Origin: the human T2T-CHM13v2.0 reference genome, Homo sapiens
DNA length: 64,000 nucleotides
Direction: 5' to 3' (one strand)
NCBI RefSeq assembly: GCF_009914755.1
Contig: NC_060948.1
Below the pieces are notes generated by a model, which searched no databases, was not told the origin of the DNA, and saw only the letters and a list, made by a program, of their open reading frames with translations. The position numbers and the translations under genes were made by a program. Of the stretch, positions 46,970 through 59,195 are shown one piece after another; position 1 is the stretch's first letter, and every line of letters begins with the position of its first letter.

Positions 46970-48770
46970 GACTTGGCATAGGGGGAAGCTGAATATCATT
47001 CCTTCTTATTGTGTTTCTTACAAGACAATGAATGGGATCTCTGAAATTATTACCTTTTAAAAAGGCTATGATTAGTTAAATGTACAAGGTTACTTAACGC
47101 CGAATGATACAAGTTTAAATGTTAATTATAATTGGTGCTGCAAAAGCAAAAGTCTGCTTAATTCTACCAGCTGAGCAATAACCAGACTTTTAAATGGACA
47201 GCATATAGTTACAAAATTTGTAGACCAGAAGCACTCTCCAAATACAAGTGCAGTGAGTATTTCAAAGATCACAGAATAAGTAAAAATGCAGGTGAAAAAC
47301 ACAAGAACTCTCCCCTGCCAAATTATTCAATCATGTATTTCTGCTCCTTCATACATAGGTGCCATACTTGCCTTCAAAAAATGCCTGTCAGAGAATATAA
47401 AGAATTCCACAAGCTCAGCGACCTTCTGAACCAAAGACACTTGTTCATATTTTGGTTTCTTCAGTGTTACAAAACACATTAAATGGTAAACTTCTTTGAT
47501 TTTCTTATATTTACCACTAACCCTAATATAGAAATATGCTTCGCTGTGTCTAATGAATGGCACTTCCAACTGTCCCCACTATTTTTTATTAACTATGTAC
47601 AATTAATACCCTGGTTGAATCCAAAAATTTTAGAACTTTTCTACTCATTTTTGTATTAATAACTCAAAATAGTAAAGCATTTTGTAAATGCTCATTTGAA
47701 GATCTGGTGAACTTTGCAGAAAAAAAAAATAAATTTTCAAACCACAATGACAGTTTTGAGTAAGTGTGGCCAGAGCTTCTACAAGTGAATTTCAAAATGT
47801 TACCAATAAAGTTTTTTTTTCCATTAACCTCAATGCATTTGGTAAAAATTCTAATGAATGGATTGGTCACACAGCATGACAATGACAAAAGCTTCAGTTT
47901 AAAAATGTATCATTTGCCTGCATTGGCATTCCTTCAAGCTTATAACATCCCAGGAACTTTTCAGGAATTAAAACAGCATTTGTCCGAAAAGTCGGTGTAG
48001 TTAACTACAAGTTCAAAAATAATTTTGTGTATGGTAGTATAAGAAGCCACTTATTTAATAGTGTTGCTGTTTGGCCAGTGTTGTTTATATCAAATTTGTG
48101 GCCTATAATTGAGTCCATACAGACTGGATTTTTTGCATAACCAAAACAATATAGAAGCATTGCACATAAAATGGGAAAATTTAATCAGAAATGCTCATGT
48201 TGTTGTATATCAAATCATGAAAGAATTTCAAGAAAAGGCAATGCCATGTAATGGCAAATGAATGTGATCATATTCTCTGAGGACAGCCATTTCCTAAAAG
48301 AAAAAAGGCAGCTATTCATTAAGACACAATATTTCAAAATATAGTTAATGATCATAAAACTCAGTTATCTCTTAGGGAGTATCTCCGTGAAACTGCCCAT
48401 AAACTATCCCTGTGATACACTTTTTCATATGTTAAAAATTTTCTTTTTAGTCATTTTTATCTTCTTTTTCTTTTTTCAGGTTTCTTCACTATTTTAAATT
48501 ATCAGTACTTTTTTTTTTGCAATTTGCTATACTATATTTCATCTTCACTTCATTTCCAATACTGGAGGTTGAAATTGTGTAGAGACTTTTGGAGGGTTCT
48601 AATTGATTTTATGTATTTTTTATCAATTTGATGCCACAAAAGTGCATTATCACAATGTTGACTTTGTATGTAAGTATTATGTATGTATATAAAATGTTGA
48701 AACTTCCCCAAAATAGGCATATAGACCAATGGAACAGAATAGAGAACCCAGAAATAAATGAAGAGATGTC
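46970..48770 (+). mobile_element. Ricksha-type MULE (MuDR) DNA transposon, decayed transposase
   Basis: From 47028: KGYD*LNVQGY...YNWCC (FLYWCH-like), LMNGTS (MDGTF-like), NNIEALHIKW (catalytic-E region); adjacent to MLT2B. Confidence 0.75.
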
Positions 48771-49446
48771 CTATCCTGTATTTTGTTGAATCTACATATA
48801 CAGATCATTTGGGGGAGAAATTTAACTTTATAATATTGTTTTCTAATTTGTGGTCATAACATATCACTTAATTCAAGCAGGAATTTTTCTTGGACCAGTT
48901 AGAGAATTGAGGTGACAGTGCCAAACTGCCACTGAAAACTTGAAGTGAATGATGAATTCAGAAGCCACAGCGCATATCAGCTTACCTAGAGCAGAAGATA
49001 GAACCATAAACTGACAGGATCACTAAAACAATAATTATAAAAAATTGATGGAGGCTGAGTGTGCACTACAGCAAAAGTGATAAATGTCTGGGGGTCATAT
49101 TTCTAAGGGAAAGTCCACATTTTTGTAAGTTTTACCTCCAGGAACTCACCAGTTTCTCATGGTAAAGAGAAAAAAAAAACCCTAAAATCTTCCTTTTTAT
49201 GGCAAGGAGATGGAAAAGGTAACCATTTAAAATATGCACAACATATTCATCATGACAAAGGGCATTTCTGCAAAAGAAATAATTTCACCAAGGTCTCATC
49301 CAAACTAGAAGAAAGACACTTAACCAAGTTTATCTCCTTCTAGGCTTTCTGTCTTATCTAGGTGGAAAACAAATAGCTATAGAACCACAGAGGACATGTG
49401 AAACTCACAACCCAGGGACACGAGCACTCTAAATGACTTAGATTCT

Positions 49447-49782
49447 TCCCAGCTTCACTGAGGTATAATTGACAAATAAAAATTGTATATATTGAAGGTC
49501 TACCACATGACATTTTGAAATATGTATACGTTGTGAAATGCTTACCACAATAAAGCTAATTAACATATCCATTACTCACATAGCTACTTTTTCTTGTGTG
49601 TGTGGTAAAAACTTAAGATCTACTCTCTTAGCAAGTTTTAAGTATATAATACATTGTAATTAACTGTAGTCCCCATGCTGTACATAAGATCTTCAAAAGT
49701 TATAAATCTTAAAACCTCAAGTTTGTACCCTTTTACCAATATCTCATTTCCCCCATTCCTGATCTCTGGTAACCACCCTTCT
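49447..49782 (-). mobile_element. L1MA8/9-like 3' end
   Basis: cagcttcactgaggtataattgacaaataaaaattgtatatatt...aagctaattaacatatcc. Confidence 0.75.
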
Positions 49783-49784
49783 AA

Positions 49785-50700
<916 letters not shown>

Positions 50701-50704
50701 TCAG

Positions 50705-53700
50705 AATGCCTAAGGCAAGCTTTGGAACAGTGACATCGGGAATGTGGCACAGTAGGAGATACCTGCTTTCATCCTGCTCCTCCACCACCACCACCACCAC
50801 CAACAACAAAACAACAAAACATAAACAAAAATAGCCTTGACAGGGCTTAAGGATCCTTTCCAGAATAAACAGTAACAAAGTAGAAAAAAAAAACGGAAAA
50901 AAACTGCACAGAAAGGATATATGATGAAAGTGGCATATCTGTAATGTCTGGAGATGACTAAGAGTAAAGAAGTGTGATGGCTATCCATGTCAGCCACATG
51001 TTGGGTTCCACTGCAGACTCCAATGGCCTGATCAGCAGAGGATACTGGCACCTTTCATCACTGAGGTAACAAATAGCCATCACCACTGCAGACCCCCATA
51101 GAGGAAGATGTGGTTGCACCATGGCCACCCAGAAGTCAAAACTGTGCTACTCTAGGACTGAAGCTGCCATCCCTCCCAACCCTGTGCATGCTGCTCCCCC
51201 CCACCAAGCACCACAGAGATGTAGCCACTTCACCAGTGTCCACATTCTAGACCATGGCTCTGTAATCTCTCTGTGCTTACCAGTGAACATCCACATCTTA
51301 AACACTGGAACTACCATAGTTAAGGACTAGCACCATCATAGGCCCTAAACCCTACAGTTACTCTGTTTTTGCATAAACTACAGGTCATTGCCCTGTAGCC
51401 ACCCCATGAAAGTAATGTATCTGGTGTTTGAGCCACACTCACAGCTAACCCATTCTCCAGTCCCTAAGGCTACTATAGCCATTCATGTGCTAACACTCCA
51501 AACTCCAGCCCCATTGCTGTACTGCACACACCTGCACCTAAAACTCAGAAACAATGTTACTATGAGATAGTCTGCACAGAAAACTGCATTGCTATTGTTG
51601 TCCTACACACATTTGTGCTCCATACTTCAATTCCCCAACTACTTCACAAACACCTATACCTCACACATTATTACCAATATGGCAATGAGGGTTTCTGTAC
51701 ATGAGGCACCATTGTCATGGCAGCCCAGGACCCTAGAGTCTTGATCTTTCCATGTGTGCCCATGCTTCAGATCCAAGCTCCATGGCTGCTTCTTAGGCAA
51801 TGTTCATGAGACACCAGGGGAAACATGCCATTAAGCTGGATCCAGTGCTAATAAAGATCATCAGGGCCATGACTTCTCTGGTAGAAAAAAAAAAATGATG
51901 AGAAAGACCCAACAGCCTTCACCATTAAAAACTTTAATGGCCTTCATCACCACTGCAGATACTTTCAGCCTTGGCTGTTAAAAACCACTGCAATCTTTGC
52001 CAACGTCAAACTTAGCTGGGAGATTTGCATGGAAACTATGCTGCTGTGCCCAAACCAGAGCCAGAACCTCCACAACCACTCAAACAGTGTCCTTTCAACT
52101 ACCTACCGAGGAAAGACTTTCCTCATGGAAAGTATTTCAATAAACTCTGGAAGAGGCGACTACTCCATCACATGTGCAGATATCAATGCAAGGCAGTAAG
52201 AAACATGAAAAACCAAGGAAACATATTACTACTAAAGAATACAATAATTTCCCAGTAACAGACCACAAAAAATGGAGATCTTTAAATTGCCTGAAAAATA
52301 ATCCAAAATAATTGTTCTAAGAAACCTCAGCAAATTTCAAAAGAAAACAGAGACAATTTAACAAAATCTGTAACATAATAAATGAACAAAATAAGTTTAA
52401 CAAAAAGATTAAAGCTGTATAAGAAATTACCAAAGAGAAGTTCTGGAACTAAAAATCAAAATGAAGGAAATGAAAAATGTAATAGAGATTATCAATAGCA
52501 GATTTCATCAAACAGAAAGAACAATCTATTAACTCAAATGTGGGTTATTTGAAAATATACAATCAGTTTTTAAAAGTAAAAAGAATGAAGAAAGTATGGA
52601 CTTTATGGGACAGCATCAAAATGGCTAACTTTCACATCACAAGAATTTGAGATGGAAAAGACAGAGAGAAATGGATAGAAATATTATTTAAATAAATAAT
52701 GGCTGAAAGCTTCTCAAATCTAGAGAAAGATTTAAATACTCAGGTACAAAGAGCTCGAAAGTCTCCAATCTGTTCAATTCACACAAAACTACACAAAGTC
52801 ATATTGTAAACAAATTGACAAAAGTATAAGGCAAAGAGAGATTCTTGTAAGCAGGAAGAGAAAATTTTACAAACTCACATAAAAAGGAACATAATTTGGC
52901 TATCATCAGATTTTATAGCAGAAACTTTTCAAATGAGGAGAAAATGGGGTGATATATCAAAGTACTAAAAGAAAAAAAATACTGGCAAGCAAGAATACTT
53001 TACCTGGCAAATCTATCCTTCAGAAATAAAGGACAGGTAAAGGCTTTCTAGACACAGCAAAGCTCAGGGAGTTCATCACCACTAAATCCTTACAAGAAAT
53101 TCTGAAGAAAGTTCTTCAAGCTAAAACAAAAGAATGCTAATTAGTAACATGAAAACATATGATCATATAAAACATACTGGTAAAAGTAAGTACATAGTTA
53201 AACTCAGAATACTGTAGTGCTGTAATGGTTGTGTTAAAATTATATACTTTTAGTGTAAAGGCTAAAAGACAAAACTGTTAAACATAACTATACCTCCAAT
53301 TAATTTTAAGGGATACACAATATAAAAAGGTGTAAATTGTGATATCAAAAACATAAAATGTGGGTAGGGTCATAAAAGTGTAGATTTTTTTAATGTGATG
53401 AAACTCAAGTTGTTATCAGCTCAAAAGAGCCTGTTATAAATAAATGTGGTGTTTTATATAAGCCTCATGATAACCACAAAAATCTATAGGAGATATGCAA
53501 AAGGAAAAGAGAAAAAAGTAAGGCATATCACTACAGAAAATTATCAAATCACAAAGAACAACAGTTATGGAGGAAGTAAAAAACAAAGAATGAACAAAAG
53601 TACCAGAAAACAATAAACTAAATGGAATTAGTAATTCCTTACCTATCAATAATTGCCTTGGATAGAAATGAATTAAATTCTCTACTCAAAAGATGTAGAG

Positions 53701-56700
53701 TGTCTGAATGGATAAAAAGCAAAACCCACCTACATGTTGCTTATAAGAGACTTACTTTGGTGTTAAGGACACATAGACTGACAGTGAAGGGATGGAGAAA
53801 AGATATTCCATGAAAATAAAACCCAAAACAAAAAGACATGGAATGTGGTTATACGATGATAACATAGTCAATTCATCAAGAGTATGTAGTAATTTTAAAT
53901 ATTTATGCATCCAGCATTGGAAAATCTAAATATATAAAACAAATATTCATATATATGAAGGGAGAGACAAACTGCAATGCAATAAATATAGGGGATGTAC
54001 ATACCTGACTTTGATCAATGAATAGATCATCCAGACAGCAAATTAAGAAGGAAATATTGGCCTTCAACTACACTTTAGATCACATGAACCAAAGAGACAT
54101 GCAGAAATTAGATCTTACAGCAGCAGAATACACATTATTCTCTAGTGCACATGGAATAGTCTCCATAGTAGACCATATGTAATGCCACAAGACAAGTCTT
54201 AACAAATATAAGATAACTGAAGTCATATGAAGTATCTTTTCTCATCACAATGGTATTAAATTTTATATCAATAACAGGAGGAATATTGGAAACTTTATAA
54301 ATATTTGAAAATCCAAAAACATTTTCCTTAACAAACAATGGGTCAAAGAAGATCAAAAGAAAAATTTAAAACTATATTGAAACAAATTAAAATGAAAATA
54401 CAATATACCAAAATTTACGGGATTCATAAAAAGTAGTTCAAAGAGAAATTGTAGTACAAAATATTTACATCAAGAAGGAAGAGTGATCTCAAGTAAACAA
54501 CTTAATGTTACACTTCAAGGAAGTAGAAAAAGAAGAGTGAACTAAGCCCAATGTTAGTAGAAGAAAAGAAATAATAAATAATAGAGCAGAAATAAGAAAT
54601 AGAGGCTAGAAAAACAATAGATAAGATGAAAATAGTCAAGCATTCATTTTTTGAAAGATAAAATTTTGAAAAAAACCTTTAGTTAAGCTTACTAAGAAGA
54701 GAAGACTCAAATAAATATAACTGGAAATGAAAGAGGAAATATTAAAATTGATGCCACAGAAATACAAGTAATCATAAGAAACTACATGAACAATTATAGA
54801 CTAATGAACTGGATAACATAGAGGAAATGGATAAATTTCTTGCCATGTGAAACCTATTAAGACTCAATCAGAAAAACCAGAAAATCTGAACAGACCAATA
54901 ATGAGAAAGGAGAATTAATCAGTAATAAAAATACCTCCTATCAAATAAAATCCAGGACCTGATAGCCTCATTGCTGAATGCTACCAATCATTTTATGAAG
55001 AATACCAATCCTTCTCAAATTCTTCCAAAAAAAATGAAAAGAAACACTTAAAATTGTCATTTAATGAGGCCAGCATTACTCTGATACCAAACCTGACAAA
55101 GACACTACAAGAAAAGAGAGGATGATGACCCTGATGAACACAGATGCAAAAGTCTTCAACAAAACACTAGCAAACTAAATTCCACAACACATTAAAAAGA
55201 TCATATAACATCATCAAGTTGAAGTTACCCTTGAGATGCAAGAATGTTTCAACATCTGAAAATCAACAAATGGAACACACCACATTAACAGAATGAATCA
55301 TCTCATGAGATGTAGAAAAATCTTTGGATAAAATTGAAGATATTTCATTATAAAAACTCACAACAAATTAAATATAGAAGAAATGTACCTAAACACAAGA
55401 AAGACCATGTATCACAAGCCCATGGCTAACATCATACTCCACAGTAAAAAGTTGAAAGCTATTTCTGTAAGATCAGGAAGAATTCAAGGATGCACACTCC
55501 TGCCACTTTTATTCACCATAGTACTGGAAGTCCTAGCAAAAACAATTAGGCAAGAAAAGAAAATAAATGTCATCCAAATCATAAAGAAAACAGTAACATC
55601 TCTGTTTGCAGATGTCAGGACATTATATATGGAATACACTAAACACTACACCAAAAATAGTTAGAACTCATTAAAAATCCCATAAAATTGCAGAATAAGA
55701 AATGAACACACAAAATCATTTGTATCTCTATATGTTAACATTGAACTATCTAAAGAGAAATTGAGAAGAAAATCCCATTTACAATTGCATGCATCAAAAA
55801 GAATAAAATATCAAAAAATAAATTTAACCAAGGAGGTCGAAGTTGTATACACTGAAAACTATAAAATATTAATGAAAGAAATTGAAGAAGGCAAAAATAA
55901 ATAAAAAATATGTCCATGCATGCTATTGGAAAGATTTTATACTGCCAAAATTTCCATGCTATCCCAAGTGACCTACAGATTCAATGCTATATGAACAATA
56001 AGATCCTAAAATTTGCATGAACCAACAAAAGACCTGAATAGCACATGCACTCTTGACCAAGAACAACAAAGCAAGAGTCATGACACGCTCTAATTTCAAA
56101 ATATATTAGAAAACTATGGGAATAAAAACACTCTGGTACTGGCATGAAAACAGACACACAGACCAGTAGAACAGAACAGAAAGTTGAGAAATAAATGCAA
56201 TCATGTATGTTGAACTTACGTTTCTCAGTGTTGCCAAGAATACACAATGGGGAACAAATTGTCTCTTCCACAAATGCGGTTGGAATAATTAGATATTCAT
56301 ATAGAAAAGAATAAAATTCAACCCTTATCTTACAATATACACAAATATCAACTCAAAATAGATTAAAGACACATGTAATACTTGAAACTATAAATTACCT
56401 AGGGTAACATAAAGGGGAAAAGGTCCATGATTTTGGTCTTGGCAATGATTTTTTGAATAAAACAGAAGCATACAGTATGAAGCATTCCCAAAAAATTAGA
56501 ATTGTTATCTGATTCAGAAATCCCACTTCCGGGTATATATGCAAAGGAAATCATACCACCTTCTAGAAAAGATATCTGCCTTCTATTATTGTTATTATTA
56601 TTTTGTTGTTGTTGTTGTTGAGATGGAGTCTCACTCTGTTGCCCAGGCTGGAGTGCAGGGGCTCAATCTTGGCTCACTGCAACCTCTGCCTCCAGGTTTC

Positions 56701-57020
56701 AAGCGGTTTTCCTGCCTCAACCTCTTGAGTAGCTAGGACTATAGGCAGCTGACACCATGCTTGGCTAATTTTTGTATTTTTAGTAGAAACAGTGTTTCAC
56801 CATGTTGGCCAAGCTGGTCTTGAACTCCTGACCTCCGGTGATCTGCCCTCCTTGGTCTCCTAAAGTGCTGTGATTACAGGCAGGAGCCACCATATCTGGC
56901 CTGCATTCTATTATTAATTGAAACGTTATTTGTGGTAGCCAAGATATAGCAGCAACCTAAGTGTCCATCAATGAATAAATGAAGAAAGAAAGTGTGATAA
57001 ATATGTACACAATGGAATAT
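50705..57020 (+). mobile_element. Near-full-length decayed L1 (L1M2/L1MA-type): 5' UTR, ORF1, ORF2 with deletions
   Basis: ORF1 start near 52205 (MKNQGNI), ORF2 remnants (YLSIIALDRNELN; QGCTLLPLLFTIVLEVLA; LFADV). Confidence 0.85.
56590..56901 (-). mobile_element. AluS
   Basis: Antisense Alu with (GTT)n tail; TSD tgc(c/a)ttctattatt. Confidence 0.92.
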
Positions 57021-57021
57021 G

Positions 57022-57168
57022 ATACACAAAAGACAAATGCTTGAGAGGATGGCTACCCCATTTCATATAGTGTGATTATTACACATTTCATGCCTGCATC
57101 AAATCATCTCATGTACCCCAAAATATATACACTTACTATGTACCCACAAAACAAAAAATTAAAAATTA
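57022..57168 (+). mobile_element. L1MA1-3-like extreme 3' end
   Basis: aaatgcttgagaggatggctacccc...tatgtacccacaaaa tail. Confidence 0.75.
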
Positions 57169-58827
57169 GTAAAACACCAATGTATAAAAAGGTCAAATCT
57201 TCATTTGTAGATCTACAATATAAAATTTAAATATTTCATTTATACCTCATTGAAGCTGGAAATAACAATATTGTTCAATCTATATACACTCATCTTTTGA
57301 AGTTGTCTGATTAAAGAATATAGAAATAAAAGGCATATACAATGTGTTCAGCTATTGTAAGAATAAATTGATAATTCTTAAAAAATAAAAATAAAAATAA
57401 CAGTAACTTTTTATTTGTAATGAAAAATTAATCACTATTAACAATTGTGTGACATAATTGTTTTCTTCTCTAATCAAGAGCCCACAAATATTTTAAGCAT
57501 ATTTTGGGAATGCTGTAGAAAATAAGATGAAGAAATGAAAATCTATGCTAAATTTGCAGACTTTATATATTAATTGACAACATTATTATACTTCTGTCTC
57601 AGAGCATTTCAGCAATATTTGTAAAATGGAAGCCTATGGACACAGTATCTATTCCTGGTGTTCTCCTTCAGTGCACAATCTTGCTACCTAAATTTTTAAA
57701 CATTATTTATTTATTTATGTGTATATAGTATGTGTATATATTTATGGGGTACATGAGGTGTTTTGATACAGGCATTCAAATTGTAATAATCATGTCATGT
57801 AAAATGGAGTATCCATATCCTCAAGCATTTATATTTCTGTTACACAAAAATTCTGTTCTTTTAGTTATTTTTAAACATATAATTAACTTATTGACCACAG
57901 TCACCCTGTTGTGATATCAAATACTAGGTCTCATTTATTCTTTCTAACAGTTTTGTACCCATTAACCATCCCCACTTGCCCCTGACACTCCCAATACCCT
58001 TCCCAGCTTCTGTTAACCATTCTTCTACACTTTCTCTTCATGAATCCAATTGTTTTGAATTTTAGATTCTATAAATAAGTGGGAACATGTGATATTTGTC
58101 TTTCTGTGCCTGGTTTATTTCACTTAGCATAATGACCTTCAATTCTATCCATATGATTGCTAGATCATATGACAGCTCAATATTTAGTTTATTGAGGAAG
58201 CTCCAAACTATTTGCCATAGTGGTTGTACTAATTTACATTTCCACCAACAACGTAGGAGGGTTCCCTTTTCTCCACATCCTTGCCAGCCTATGTTATTGC
58301 CTGTGTTTTGGATATAAGCCATTTTAACTAATCTCATTGCAGTTTTGATTTGCATTTCTCTGATGATCATTGACGTTGAGCACCTTTTCATATGCCTGTT
58401 TGCCATTTGTATTTCTTCTTTTGAAAAATGCCTATTCAGATATTTTGCCCATTTTTCAGTCAGATTATTAGATTTTTTCCTATAGAGCTGTTTGACCTCC
58501 CTATATATTCTGGTTATTAATCCCTTCCTAGATGTGTAGTTTGCAAATATTTTCTCCCAATTTGTAGGTTGCCTTTTCATGTTGTTAATGGTTTCCTTAA
58601 TCATTTCCAGCTTTGTTGTGCAGAAGCTTGTTAACTTGATGTAACCTTATTTGTCCATTTTTGCTTTGGTTGCCTATGCCTGTGGAGTACTGCACAACAA
58701 ATGTTTACCCAGACCAATGTCTTGGAGAGTTCCCTTCATGTTTTCTTGCTGTAGTTTCACAGGTTGAGGTCTTTGATTTAAGTCTTTGATACATATTGAT
58801 TTGATTTTTGTATAAGGCAAGAGATAG

Positions 58828-58842
58828 AGCGAGACTCCGTCT

Positions 58843-58874
<32 letters not shown>
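58828..58874 (+). mobile_element. Extremely 5'-truncated Alu (16 nt plus A tail)
   Basis: agcgagactccgtctc followed by a run of 31 A; TSD aagagatag at 58819-58827 and 58873-58881. Confidence 0.9.
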
Positions 58875-58877
<3 letters not shown>

Positions 58878-59146
58878 ATAGGGGTCTAGTTTCCCTCTTC
58901 TGCAGATGAATATCTACTTACCCCGGAACCATTTATTGAAGAGACTCTTTTCCTCAGTGTATGTTGTTGTCACTGTTGTATAAAATGAATTCACTGCATG
59001 TCTGTGGTTTTTGTTCTGGGTTCTCTCTGCTGTTCCATTTGTCTATGTGTCTGTTGTTATTACAGTACCATGCTGTTTTGGTTACTATAGGTCTGTAGTA
59101 TAATTTGAAGTCAGTTTTGTTCTTTTTGCTTAGGATAGCTCCAGCT

Positions 59147-59150
<4 letters not shown>

Positions 59151-59194
<44 letters not shown>
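59151..59194. repeat. (TG)22 microsatellite
   Basis: Read directly. Confidence 0.97.

Positions 59195-59195
<1 letters not shown>

Noticed and set aside
47028-48400. Domesticated MULE/FLYWCH gene
   Set aside because: There are multiple in-frame stops and frameshifts from codon 11 onward.
58062-58604. Longest ORF (180 aa)
   Set aside because: It is the L1 ORF2 C-terminal remnant inside a disrupted element, not a host gene.
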